This document shows, in pieces, positions 27,742 to 40,807 of a stretch of DNA of 64,000 bases. How positions within the stretch are numbered: position 1 is the first letter of the stretch; every line of letters begins with the position of its first letter. The position numbers and the translations under genes were made by a program. Source of the stretch: Octopus vulgaris (Eukaryota); the NCBI GenBank assembly GCA_951406725.2, contig OX597822.1:53196001-53260000 (forward strand), written 5' to 3'. The notes under the pieces were generated by a model. It did not search any database, had not been told where the DNA came from, and was given only the letters and a program-made list of their open reading frames with translations.

Positions 27742-27903
27742 GAATTAGACCCAAAAGGAATCACATAATAATTGATCAGGTGATTATCAACCGACTCAAC
27801 ATATCAATATTCGTATATATATGTGTGCGTGTGCATGTTAATATTTAAAAAACCGTTATACATCTTTTGTTTTAATCTATTATATAATCTTTTGTTTGAA
27901 TAA

Positions 27904-27974
<71 letters not shown>

Positions 27975-28153
27975 CCTCGAAAATTGGAATTATATAAGAA
28001 GAAATTTTATAAATTCTTTTTAAAAACATTGGACTTTACTACTGAAAGTGAGTATAATTAGGACACCTTCTTAGTTGTGGACCTTAACCTTGTCACTGTG
28101 TGTACATATATATATATAAAATGAATGAATAAATAAATAAATAAATAAATAAA

Positions 28154-28400
28154 TGCGCCTTTTTAAAGCCTAGCCAGGCTTATGGGCCCGGTTTCACGGT
28201 TTCAATGGCGTACGTGTTCCCCAGCTGGACGGGACGCCAGTCCATCGCAGCGTTACTCATCTTTGCCACCTGAGTGGACTGGAGCAACGTGAAATGAAGT
28301 GTTTTGCTCAAGAACACAACGAGTCACCCGGTCCAGGAATCGAAACCACAATCTTACGATCATGATGCTGAGACACTAACCACTATACCACGCGCCTCCA
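28154..28400 (-). mobile_element. tRNA-derived SINE, family C variant
   Basis: Tail AAGCCTAGCCAGGCTTATGGGCCCGGTTTC shared with 37298 and 49567; tRNA-like head. Confidence 0.75.
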
Positions 28401-28419
28401 CACACACACGCACACAGAT

Positions 28420-28456
<37 letters not shown>

Positions 28457-28489
28457 ATCAAACTAAGCAACAAGGATATCCAGAGGTAA

Positions 28490-28576
28490 TGCAGTACGAT
28501 CGTTTCAAGCGACTCCATTTAATTGAACAATGCAAATATTACATCAATTTAAAATGTAGAGAAATCTTCAGATGCA
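28490..28576 (-). ncRNA. Hammerhead motif (stem II decayed)
   Basis: Reverse strand TGCAt-CTGAAGA...GAAAC-GATC-GTA-cTGCA; palindromic stem III. Confidence 0.5.
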
Positions 28577-28741
28577 TAAAAATATAGAATTTAGTTAAAT
28601 TCAAATGATTCATTTGTATAGTTTTCTTATCATCCAAAATCACAAAGAAGATAAGTAGATAGATAAAGGACATTTTTAATCAACAACATCATAGTTGTAA
28701 CTGAGATTATATTTCATTATTAATTTTAAAAAAATACATAT

Positions 28742-29094
28742 ACTCTTTTACTTGTTTCAGCACTGCCTTTAGTCGAGCAAATCGACCCCAGGACTTATTC
28801 TTTGTAAGCCTAGTACTTATTCTACTGTTTCTTTTGCCGAACCGCTAAGTTAAGGGGACGTAAACACACCAGCATCGGTTGTCAAGCAATGCTAGAGGGA
28901 CAAACACAGACACACAAACATATACATACACATACATATATATATATACATATATACGACAGGCTTCTTTCAGTTTCCGTCTACCAAATCCACTCACAAG
29001 GCATTGGTCGGCCCGGGGCTATAGCAGAAGACATTTGCCCAAGATGCCACGCAGTGGGACTGAACCCAGAACCATGTGGCTGGTTAGCAAGCTA
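28742..29094 (-). mobile_element. SINE family A, 3' portion (5' remainder at 31147-31184)
   Basis: The sequence resumes after a 2.05 kb insertion with a duplicated 13-mer. Confidence 0.85.
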
Positions 29095-31146
29095 TTTTAT
29101 TTCATAAATGTGTCATATAGACAGTACAAAGAGCTTTGCGGGCTGGACAAATACATTAATGAATGAAAATGAAATATAATGAATAAATGAGAGACGAAAC
29201 CCAACACCCGCCGATTGGATTTTTCTCGAAAACATATTTTCTTTTTTTTTTTAAATCAATATGAGGTTTCAAACCTCTTACAAGGATGAGGCACTAAAAC
29301 CTCTTACTTAACATGTTTTCTTTTTTTTCTTTCTTAAAGCACACAATTGAGGTTTTAAACCACTACAAAATAATCCAATAAGATGAGGTTTCAAACCCTG
29401 TAACGAGGGTCTTTCACCTTCTACTCTTCGATATATCCATCGATATATTCATCATTATCTTCAATGCTGCTTGAGTTCCTGTATCCCGCCATTTCCCATG
29501 CCTCACTCATGTAGGACATGTAAGTCGTGTAAGGGCCATCCGGCCATATGCGACACTCCTCCCCAAATCCTTTAAGCCTTTCCCACAAGGGAAACCTTAT
29601 GACCTTCACAGCTATCTGCGGAGGCCATTCGGGATCCCGTGTGAAGGGCATATCTACTGTTTCTTTATGTTCTTCTACTATTTTTTCCACCTCCCCGCCC
29701 TTGTAGAAAAGAATAATTAATTGATCATCTTTAAGGGTGGGGGTGGTTTCTTCCACCGTGGGTGGCACAACTTCGAGATATGCAGTCTGCACATCATCTC
29801 CCCGCTGGTATGACACGTTCTTCTTCCTTCTTTTTTTCTTTTCTTCCTGGCTTCGGGAGAGTGGAGCTCTTCCGCTTTGTCTGGAGACTCTCCCCCGCCT
29901 TCCGAAGCCTTAGGTTCCTTTGGTGGGCAACTATTGTTGCCCGCCTTCTTCCTTTTTAATCATTTTTGAAGTCTCCTCGACCACATCCACCTCTCCCTTT
30001 GACCGGGTAGGGAAGGTAGCATCTAGTGACTGTTCCAGGACCTTACCATGGTCCTGGGGGCAGTTCCTTTTAATGTGGCCTGGCTGCAGGCACGAGTGAC
30101 ACTTTGGGGGACGTTCCTCAAGTATCACCGGATACCTGCAGCCAGCCATTTTCAAGAAATCTGGAAAAACCAGTTCTGTTGCGGCCGATGGGGTCCACAG
30201 GGTCAAAATCGCTTTTGCCCCTTCCCAATTGACCTCCGGCAATACTCTTACATTTAAGAGCCTGGGCCTGCCATCCCCCAGTCCCCGTCGGATGGTATCT
30301 TCAATCCAATCCGCTTCGGTGCCCGGGGGGAGCCCACATACCCAGGCTCGTATTAATTTTCTTCCACAATATGACGGGAGAAACAGAATTTCCTTGCCTT
30401 CTAAAGGCTGACTCGCAAACTGGCGAGCCTTTTCTCGTTGTCAAACAGCAACCATACGGTTGCATGTTTGACACCACGGGATATATATTTTACAGAGGAC
30501 AAATGTTCTTTAAGTTCATTTTTATGACTTGTTTTGGGAAGACGGTGATGGAATTAAGAACTTTAGAATACGTTCTAAGTACCATCGTCTTCTCCTCCAT
30601 ATCTTTTAACCACTGCTTAGGCGGGTTAATTTCCCACTCTAAGACAGAGTTTTTCTTTTTAAGTTCCTTCTCTGCCATGTCAAAAAAACAGTTCAAAAGT
30701 AGTTCAAAAGACAGTCTGCCAAAAAATTAAACCGAATAAAAATAAAACAAAATAAAAGAGGAGGGGAGGAAACTGAAATTAAAGTAATGAAAAGAATGAA
30801 CCAAAATTTAGAAAGAAAGAAAAAAATAGAAGGGAAAAGTAAAAGAAAAACCTCACAAATAGCACAGACAGGGAATCCTTTGTATAATACTCCAAAAAGG
30901 TAATCCAAAAGAGGTAATCCAAATGGCTTATTCTTATTTTTCTGGCGAGATACGCCCACTAGAATTCACAAGAAGAATTTTCAAAAAATTCTCAATTCAC
31001 CGTTACGGTGATGAGAACCCAGTATTTTGCTCGCTTTAGCGAGCCATAATTGACAATTTCTCTTTTTGTTCTTTTTTTTCTATTCGCGGAGCCGAAACTC
31101 ACATCTGCTCACTGTAACAGTCCAGAACAACTAGTGCTGCATTCTG
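29095..31146 (-). mobile_element. ORF1-only non-autonomous L1/Tx1-like retroelement (HAL1-like)
   Basis: 13 bp TSD GGT(T/A)AGCAAGCTA at 29082-29094 and 31147-31159; A-rich 3' end; one frameshifted ORF with a CCHC knuckle; no RT or endonuclease. Confidence 0.75.
29421..30678 (-). pseudogene. Frameshifted ORF1/gag-like protein (~420 aa) with CX2CX4HX4C zinc knuckle
   Basis: Joins ORFs 30490-30696, 29931-30242 (PKCHSCLQPGHIKRNC) and 29421-29816 through frameshifts, two of them in A-runs. Confidence 0.7.
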
Positions 31147-31184
31147 GGTAAGCAAGCTACTTACCACATAGCCACTCCTGCGCC
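31147..31184 (-). mobile_element. SINE family A, 5' end
   Basis: GTAAGCAAGCTACTTACCACATAGCCACTCCTGCGCC. Confidence 0.8.
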
Positions 31185-31207
31185 TGTAAAATATTATATA
31201 TATATAA

Positions 31208-31256
<49 letters not shown>

Positions 31257-31257
31257 G

Positions 31258-31310
<53 letters not shown>

Positions 31311-31557
31311 CAATTGAGGGTGAAATAATTATTATTAATCAATTTCACCAAGTGTTCAGTATGCAGGACCATTTAAGGCGAATTCATTATTATTATATAA
31401 AAGGGTTATAAATAAATTATATAACTATTAGAAATATAAAAACTTTTTAAAAGCTATTTCTAATACTACATACATACATATACATAAACATACAGAGTTG
31501 AATTAAGCACACACCCTAATGAGTTCAGTAAAAGTAATTTATTTTACCCTTTATATA

Positions 31558-31608
<51 letters not shown>

Positions 31609-31724
31609 CATATACATAAACATACAGTCACTGTGTGTACATATATATATATAAATTTCATTATTAATAAAAAAAAATAATATATATGATAAAAAAATTA
31701 TCTATATATATAAATAAATATTTA

Positions 31725-32158
31725 AACACAAGACAAATCTACCTTCAACAGGTAGTTTTTATACGCTAGAAGAAGCAGTCAAAACTACCAAAACCTTATT
31801 TAAGAGTAATCTTCAAAGAGAATGAAAAAGAAAAACTTTTATCTCGTTATTTTATTCCGGTCACACCTAGGTTTCTAAATCATTTTAGCAAATAAAATAA
31901 TTTGCATACTCGTGTTAATTGTCTCTTAATTGTATGTTAGTGTTACGGCGCGATCACTGATGAAAACTTTCACCTAGCAAATTATTTTATTTGCTAAAAA
32001 AATTTAGAAATCTAAGTCTGACCGGAATAAAATAACAAGGTAAAAGTTTATATTTTTCATTCCTTTTGAAGATTGCTCTTAAATGTGGTTTTGGTCGTTT
32101 TGATTGCTTCTTCTAGCGTGTAAAAACTGCCTGTTGAAGGCAGTTTTCTCTTTGTGTT
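31725..32158. repeat. Fold-back element: ~180 bp imperfect inverted arms with a ~70 bp spacer
   Basis: 31725-31905 is the reverse complement of 31977-32158; embedded in (TA)n. Confidence 0.85.
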
Positions 32159-32184
32159 CTACACTTATATATCATCTATATATA

Positions 32185-32434
<250 letters not shown>

Positions 32435-32487
32435 GAGCTTCCTGATGATTTCTTTTGAATGAAACAGTTCTAGTCCTGTAGAAGCTC
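32435..32487 (+). ncRNA. Canonical type I hammerhead ribozyme
   Basis: Stem I GAGCTTC/GAAGCTC (7 bp), CTGATGA, short stem II TTC/GAA, GAAA, stem III ACAG/CTGT, GTA cleavage triplet. Confidence 0.8.
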
Positions 32488-32568
32488 CTTCTATAAAATA
32501 AATTAATTTACTCTGCTATGTATTGAGTACCTTATTTACTGTGGTTAACCCCGACTCAACCCGGGACC

Positions 32569-32635
<67 letters not shown>

Positions 32636-32650
32636 ATCTATATCTATCTA

Positions 32651-32683
<33 letters not shown>

Positions 32684-32730
32684 ATCTATATATATCTATC
32701 TATCTATATATATCTATCTATATATATCTA

Positions 32731-32763
<33 letters not shown>

Positions 32764-32808
32764 ATCTATCTATCTATCTATATATATATATATATATATA
32801 TCTATCTA

Positions 32809-32851
<43 letters not shown>

Positions 32852-32868
32852 ATATATATCTATATATA

Positions 32869-32907
<39 letters not shown>

Positions 32908-32962
32908 ATATATATATATATATATATATCTATCTATCTATCTATCTATATCTATCTATCTA

Positions 32963-33049
<87 letters not shown>

Positions 33050-33125
33050 AAAAAAGAAAAGACGAAGACAGGTGGTGTAGACAACAAACAGATGTATTAG
33101 TTTAACGCTCGGGAAATGAAGAAGT

Positions 33126-33161
33126 CTTTAAGGTTTCGATCCTACGTTCTTCCACAGAAAG
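33126..33161 (-). ncRNA. Degenerate hammerhead-like motif (CUGUGGA)
   Basis: Reverse strand CTTT-CTGTGGA-agaacgtaggatc-GAAAC-ctt-AAAG; same layout as 27318 but the core is mutated. Confidence 0.35.
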
Positions 33162-33376
33162 GAACACAAAAAGAAACATGGAGTGAAAATAAAGAATGTG
33201 CAGTGGCTAGCGATCTATGAAGACACTGATAGAGAGAGTGTGCTGCGTCTACGACATTTAATGAGATTTCCTAAATCACCAACAGCAGGAAAATTCCATT
33301 CTTTTAGAAAAAGCAATGAATATATACATTCATAATTAAATACATATTTTATAGAATATTATATATGTATATATGT

Positions 33377-33789
33377 AGGCGCAGGCGTGACTGTGTATTA
33401 AGAAGCTTGCTTCTCAACCGCATGGTTGCAGGTTCAGTCCCACTGCGTGGCACCTTAGGCAAGTGTCTTCTACTATGGCCTCGGACCGGCCAAAGCCTTG
33501 TTAGTGGATTTCATAGGCAGAAACTGAAAGAAGCCCGTAGTAAGTATATAGATATATATGTACACGTGCGTGCGTGTGTGTTTATGTTTGTTTGTCTCCC
33601 CACATCCCTCACCATCGTTTGACAACCGATACTGGTCTGTTTACGTCCCCGTAACTTAGTGGTTTGACAAAAGAAGCAGATAGAATAAGTACTAGACGTA
33701 CAAAGAATGAGTCCTGGGGTGAATTTCTTCGACTAAAATCCCTTAAGGTGGCGCTCCGTAGTCAAATGTTTGCAACAAGTAAAAGAATA
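33377..33789 (+). mobile_element. SINE family A
   Basis: Matches 129-593. Confidence 0.85.
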
Positions 33790-33907
33790 ACAGGAACTAC
33801 ATACACGCAAACATACATACATACATGTATATGTATATACGTATTTAAATATATTTATATATATGTATGTATATATATATATATATATACGTATATATGT
33901 ATATGTG

Positions 33908-33970
<63 letters not shown>

Positions 33971-33991
33971 GTATGTATATATATATGTATG

Positions 33992-34025
<34 letters not shown>

Positions 34026-34631
34026 TGTGTGTATATATATATATGTATATATATATGTATATATATTTATTTATATATATATATATGTATATATATATGT
34101 ATATATGTGTGTGTGTGTATATGTATATATATATATGTCACGATGAAATTACAGTGTTGTTACTAAAATATTATCTGAACTTGAAATATAATATAATCTA
34201 ATTTGTAAACACATCAAACTCTTTGTGCAATGTTTGTCAAAAATTCACTGTCGATAATCATTCCTGAAACTGGTTAGATGGGTACCAATTATATTACATT
34301 TCAAATTGCCAGCACTTAATTTGTTTTACGTATCACTATGTCTGTGGTGAGCTGTGTTTGTAATCAAAGCACACGTTATTCGATGTGCATATATGTGTCT
34401 GTGTTTACCTATAATGTAATAAATATCAATGATTTGTATATATAGATAACATTAAACAGCATATTTGTAAAATAATAATTCAATATTGAAAAAAAAAAAC
34501 TATTATAAACGGAAATTCTGCGGTGTACCAATGAAATGGTACACAACTTGCGTCTTTCTACATATCGTTCTCGTGCTCTCTCACATTTCTGCCGCTCACT
34601 TACACTCTTTTTGTATGTTACCTCAGCCTTC

Positions 34632-34679
<48 letters not shown>

Positions 34680-34756
34680 CATACATACATACATACATAC
34701 ATACATACATACATACATACATACATACATACATACATAATACATTATTATTATAT

Positions 34757-35405
34757 TATGGCTTCCCCCTCGTTATCGAGTATGGTCATTGCACGAAGCT
34801 TAACTGTTACTGGCGCAGTGATCGAATGTGACTTTTTAGCCCAGCTAAAGATCTACTATGTCTTGTACAGAATTTGCAACTAAAACCTTTACCGGTAATA
34901 GCTGGCTGTAGTTGTAACTGGGCTTCATGTACCTTTGCATGTCTTTTAAGTCCTCCTGCCGAATTACACTCTCTTCCACATGCCCGACAGATATGATTAG
35001 TATGGTGTGTTACACCACCACCAGTGGCCAGATTGTCACTCATCTGTCTCGCTTTATGACTACGAAGATGACTCTTGAGTCCAGTTTTACTGAGGCAGAG
35101 TCTTGCACAGACACTGCATGTCAGCATCATAGGAAGACCCTTCCCATTTGGAAGTGTAACAGCGATGCCCTTCCTGACATCCCCCCTTACTTTCTCATGT
35201 GCCACTCGGATTTCTCAAAAGTGGCTGTCCCCTCGTGCACAATCCTTCTCCACCTGCTACGATCGATAGCTATGCCTTCCCATGTGTCAGGAGAGATGCA
35301 AGCATCTCTTAAGGAAGCCTTCAGCAAGTCCTTATACCTCTTTTTTGGTTTATGTGGAGGTCTTTTTTCCTTTAGCTAACTCCCCATAAAAGAGTTGTTT
35401 TGGCA
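34757..35405 (-). mobile_element. 5'-truncated RTE-clade LINE with three C-terminal C2H2-type fingers
   Basis: [32 protein letters not shown], then CSVC..LKSHLRSH, CRAC..LKRHAKVH, CKFC..LKSHIRS; lies in (TACA)n. Confidence 0.85.
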
Positions 35406-35433
35406 TACATACATACATACATACATACATACA

Positions 35434-35466
<33 letters not shown>

Positions 35467-35952
35467 GCATACATATAAACACCCGTATGCAAATATATAG
35501 ATAAGCTTGAGCACACACACGCACTCACACATACACACACACATGCATTTAGTTTGTAAGCGAGAGATAAAATTTACTCAATATCTGTAATTGAGTACAT
35601 TTATTTGTACCCTACATTATATCCTTTCTCTCTTTCTGCACACCTATACATGTTTGTGCGAGTGTGCACACCTACACGCCCCCACAACTATATGCACATA
35701 TATTTATATACATATACATATTTATATATATCAAAGAATTTTAATGAGTGTAGATGGAATAAACAAGCTTTTTTACAAATCACTACAATTGTTTCAGCGC
35801 ATCATTATCAGCTGGTAATTGCATATTTTAGTAGTTCATAAAATATATATTATGCCTATTAATATTTATTTCTCACCAGATGGAATACTTCTTTTGTTAA
35901 TCTTAACATCACGGAACAGTACACTATGTATGTATGTATGTATGTATGTATG

Positions 35953-35997
<45 letters not shown>

Positions 35998-37297
35998 GAA
36001 GAGACAGAGAGAGGCCGCGATTAAATAACCACAGTTCTTCTCTCAGGATCCTAGAGAGGCGCAACGTAACGTCGTTGGCCAAGTACATATAGCGTTTAAG
36101 TGAAATGTTGGGTTGGTTCCTTCATAAGAGAAAATTTGTGTTGAAGACATGGGCTTCCTCGCTTAATGACTAGTGATCGGAAACGTACAATTGACACTTT
36201 TGAACACACCTAGTACTGTTTAAAGGGATACAACAGAAAGGATTATTTTCATATGGGAAAATTTCGTTGCAGGAGTTATTTTCAACACTATACTGACCAA
36301 GATTGTATTCTTACTTCCATTAGTAAAGCAGTTATGTGCCTCCGGCCAACAGGTATTTTGAAAGTTCGAATTTAATATCGTTTCAATTGCGTACACCGAG
36401 TTTTCCAAAAGCTCTGCAAGCTTCTGCAATAAAAGTGAATGTTTCCTCTAAATGCCGAGATATTAATTTCGTTTAAGTACATGACTATCGCATGCATGGC
36501 ATTGACAACCCTTAACATAAATGAAACGTGTCTGTCGTTCTGTGTTTCTCATGAGTCACTGCAGCGACGATACTTTTCTCACTTTAATATATATTGTGTT
36601 TATGACAAGAAGTCTATGAAGAGATTTTATCTGAGACAATTCCATAACTTGCCTCCTAACAGTGTGCATACATTTAGTATGGCATACAGATGGCAATTTG
36701 AATGTAATGCTTATTTTAATTGTGCACACCGATATGTTGTTATTCATAGGCTCACATTGTATATGCATATTTGTACATATATGCACAATGAAATGCATAT
36801 ACGATTATATACATACACATATACACACAAAAACATAGTCACACACTCATACACATACAAGAATGCAAATATATATATATATACAAGCGTATGAATAGTA
36901 ATATACATATGTACGCACGCATATAATTTCAATCAATATATATGCAAATGTATGCAAATGTATGCAAATATATGAAAACATATGGATATATATTTTCAAC
37001 CATACAGAAATATGAAAAGATTGTTGAAAGATGAAAGACTATGAAATGGAAAAAATTCTAAATATTGTACAAGCAAGTGGATGGGTGTCTGATCAATTTA
37101 GAACGCAGCAATACTAATGTAGTGAAGTAATGGATTTTAATGACAATAACTATGTGGGAAAATTTAATGTACATGTGAGATTAAAATTGAAGCGGTAGCT
37201 TTTGTGTATAAGGTATATAGCTATTTAAAATGTAAGTCAGAGAATTTACAATTTTAGAATGCTAAATTGACTTGGATATGTTAACTTTTTTTTTATT

Positions 37298-37602
37298 TAT
37301 GCGCCCTTTTCAAGCTTAGCCAGGCTCATGGGCCCGATTTCCCGGTTTCTGTGGTGTATGTGTCCCCCACCGGCTGGACGGGACGCCAATCCATTGCAGC
37401 GTACCCAAGAAACAGGACGAAAGATTGAGAGAAAGTTGGGGCGAAAAAGTACAACAGGGGTCGCCGCCACCCTCTGCCGGAGACTCGTGGAGATTTTAGG
37501 TGTTTTCGCTAGATAAACACACACGATACCCAGTCTGGGAATCGAAATCGCGATCCTCCGTCCGCGAGTCCGTTGCCCTAACCACTGTGCCATTGCGCCT
37601 CC
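37298..37602 (-). mobile_element. tRNA-derived SINE, family C
   Basis: Head GGAGGCGCAATGGCACAGTGGTTAGGGC..TTCGATTCCC; matches 49567-49870. Confidence 0.85.
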
Positions 37603-38082
37603 ATCGGGTATGTTAAGAGTTTAAATAATATAGAAAAGCGTAGATATGTAGAATTCTTTCTGAATTATTGTTATCTTTAGTAACGTCTTAAATATCTCAT
37701 GTTGGGAAGAGTAACTTTGTTCTAAGTTTCTTTGGAAATTTGCTGAATAAAATTTCAGACTCATTTGTAAGGTTTTGTATTTTCGGGAAAAGATTTTGCT
37801 CTGGACAAAATATTCCAAATGAATAGATATAATTTGTTTTTAACATTCAAATACTAGAACTAACTAGAAAAGCAAAGCATACTTTCTTCTTAATGGGTTC
37901 TGAACTATATGTGTATGTTAACTGAATCGGTGTTTAAAGGAATCAGAGGCGAGAGAAGTATATGCATGATATGACTTATTCGCATGTACAGAACACTGGT
38001 GTACAATCTGGCAACTGGAATGTAGAAAATTAATTATTAAATTAATTATTAAATTTAATGCAGTTTCTATTTACTCTCTCTT

Positions 38083-38493
38083 TTGCTCTTTTACTCTTTT
38101 ACTTGTTTCAGTTATTTGAGTGTGGCCATGCTAGAGCACTGCTTTTAGTCGAGCAAATCGACCCCATGACTTATTCTTTGTGAACCTAGTTCTTATTCTA
38201 TCTGTTTCTTTTGCCGAACTGCTAAGTTACGGGGACGTAAACACACCAGCATCAAGGGATGTTGGGGGAGGGGACAAACACTGACACACAAATATATACA
38301 CACACATACATATATATATATACATATATACGACGGGTTCCTTTTAGTTTCCGTCTACCAAATCCACTCCCAAGCCTTTGGCCGGCCCGAGGTTATAGTA
38401 GAAGACACTTGCCCAAGTTGCCACGCAGTGGGGCTGAACCCAGAACCATGTGGTTGGTAAGCAAGCTACATACCACTCAGCCACTCCTACGCC
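38083..38493 (-). mobile_element. SINE family A
   Basis: Reverse complement of 129-593. Confidence 0.85.
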
Positions 38494-39219
38494 TATTCTT
38501 TGTGATTTAGATGATGGTGTGTGTAGGGTTAGTTTGCTTACATTATATGAAGTTAGGATTTGAGCCTAAGTTATGAATTGTAGATAGCGGCAGAGATAGA
38601 TGCATGTAGTATTCTCTATCAAAGATGTTACAGTACTCTAGCTGTGGGAAAATTGTGTCTCTCGTAAAGGAAACAGAATTTTACTATAGGGGTAGCAATC
38701 TTTAAATTAAAAGGTGGATTATACCAGCTGGTGTTCCTTTTCCTATCTATATAGGTTACACTTCTCACAGTGTCTTCAATATACATGATTTTCTATTTTA
38801 GTAACTGTCCTCACATTGCTTTTGATATACATAACGTTTTATTTATGTTGCAGCTCTCAAAATGCCGTCAACATATATAATTTTCTTTTTAATTCAGTGT
38901 TGATAGTATCTTCAACATTTATAATTTTGATTTACAGTCCTCATAGAGCCGTCAATAAATATTTAATTCTCTGTTTCGAATAATTCCAGAGTATTTTGTT
39001 AGTCTCTCACTTCGCAATTCCCTGCGGTTTATGCTCATATCACGTATTTCCTCTCTCTATCCCCCCACCCACTTTTTGCGCAGTCAGCAATATATTTAAT
39101 TTTCTATTTAAAGCTGCTTCAGCAAAGAGAATCCTTGAAATACTTGGAAGAATCAGTGAGAATTTGTTTATTGAATGAAAGATTTGAAAGTATAAGAGAA
39201 ATGTTTTAACAATACTTTC

Positions 39220-39388
39220 TACTATAGGCACACGGCCAGAAATTTTTGGTGGGTACGCAACTGGTACTTAATTTATCGACTCCGAAAGGATGAAAGGGAA
39301 AGTCCTGGGGTCGATTTGCTCGACTAAAGTCAGTTTTCCAGCATGACCGCAGTCAAATGACTGAAACAAGTAAAGGAGTAAAAGAGAG
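39220..39388. mobile_element. Fused SINE B (-) and SINE A 3' (+) fragments
   Basis: Both family motifs visible back to back. Confidence 0.65.
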
Positions 39389-39499
39389 TCATGTGCCGGA
39401 AGTATAGAATATATTCAAATAAACGCATCATACTGTATATTAAATACAAAAATATATACATTGTTGAAATCTTCTAACAAAATGTATTATTATTATTTC

Positions 39500-40050
39500 T
39501 CCTAATCACCTAATCTCCTTTTCTGGAGCTCCTGCCGTCTTGCATGCGTAGCGGGCTTGCTACCTGAAGCCTACAGTACCATGGTATCCGTTCTTTTTAG
39601 CTATCTAATACATTCCTGGTTATTCTGGCCGTACCAAGGAGACAAACCTTTTGTAACAGTCCTACTGGGCCCTCAAATCCAATTTCCTCGATATTCCCCT
39701 TGATACCTACTGATACTGTTGTCAAGACCTCAACAAATTTCGGCACAATCTTCCCCTTCTTCATTTTCCATAGCTTGGTTACTTCGTACTTGAGAGGATT
39801 TTATTTATCTATCTTTTTGCCTTCTTTCCTGACTATTCGTGGGTCAAAGGAGTATGTAACATCAACTATATAGCATATGTGGTGCACCACCATTAGGACC
39901 GGTCTGTTATGCTCTAGCACCTGATTTCTTTGGTTTGGGAAATCCCAGAGTATTTTGCTAGTCTCTCACTCCGTCACTCTCCGCCGTTTATGCTCATACC
40001 ATGTCTTGCTTCTCTCTAAGCCCCACGCTTCGTACAGTCTCCAATGTAGC
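39500..40050 (-). mobile_element. Decayed R4/Dong-type RLE fragment (short paralogous piece at ~38980-39060)
   Basis: ILWDFP..LEHNRP..YIVDV..LLQKVCLLGTARITRNVL. Confidence 0.7.
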
Positions 40051-40122
40051 ACTTTCTTCTTCTTCTTCCACCACCACCAACACCACCTCCTCCTCTTCCG
40101 CCGCCTCCTCCTCCTTCTTCTC

Positions 40123-40210
<88 letters not shown>

Positions 40211-40212
<2 letters not shown>

Positions 40213-40398
40213 TAGTTTTATTTTTATAGCGTGCTTTCACTTCACTACCGAGCGCAGCTCTGTGTGCCTTAGGTATGTGCTGTGATTTGTTGTGATGCTC
40301 TGATGGTTATTGTATGGAAAGTGTTCTGCGTAGGATGTGTGCAGTGCCTAGTAGTGCAATTTTCTGTATGTTATATGTGTTTGTAAGTCCTGGTGTTT
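40211..40398 (-). mobile_element. Very short 3' end of an R4/Dong-type LINE
   Basis: PGLTNTYNIQKIALLGTAHILRRTLS + 3'UTR between (TAA)n tracts. Confidence 0.75.
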
Positions 40399-40407
40399 TT
40401 GTTATTA

Positions 40408-40462
<55 letters not shown>

Positions 40463-40469
40463 GTTATTG

Positions 40470-40680
40470 GGGCTGGCAGAATAGTTACCGCTCCGAACAA
40501 AATACTTTACCGGCATTTAATTCGGCCTTACGTTCTGAGTCCAAAGTTCACCGTGGTCAACTTTACCTTTCATCCTTTCGGAGTCAATTAAATAAGTACC
40601 CGTCAAGCACTGAGGGAGATCTAACCAACTAGCCCCTTCCCTCGAGTTTTTTCAGGCCTTGTACATATAGTATAAAGGAT
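40470..40680 (+). mobile_element. SINE family B
   Basis: CTTTCATCCTTTCGGAGTC..AAGTACC core. Confidence 0.65.
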
Positions 40681-40760
40681 TAGTATTATTATTTTGTCAG
40701 CAGTAATATATTATCCTTATACTACTACTAGTATTATCATAATACTACTACTACTACTAC

Positions 40761-40807
<47 letters not shown>

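Noticed and set aside
29261-29400. CRISPR-like repeat-spacer array
   Set aside because: Short degenerate repeats, irregular spacing, eukaryotic TE context, no cas genes
31958-31975. CTGATGA in the fold-back spacer as a hammerhead
   Set aside because: No correctly placed GAAA, stem III or stem I
34807-35205. Host C2H2 zinc-finger gene
   Set aside because: Continuous with RTE RT C-terminal motifs and a LINE-like 3' end
37525-37602. tRNA gene
   Set aside because: Head of a multi-copy SINE family
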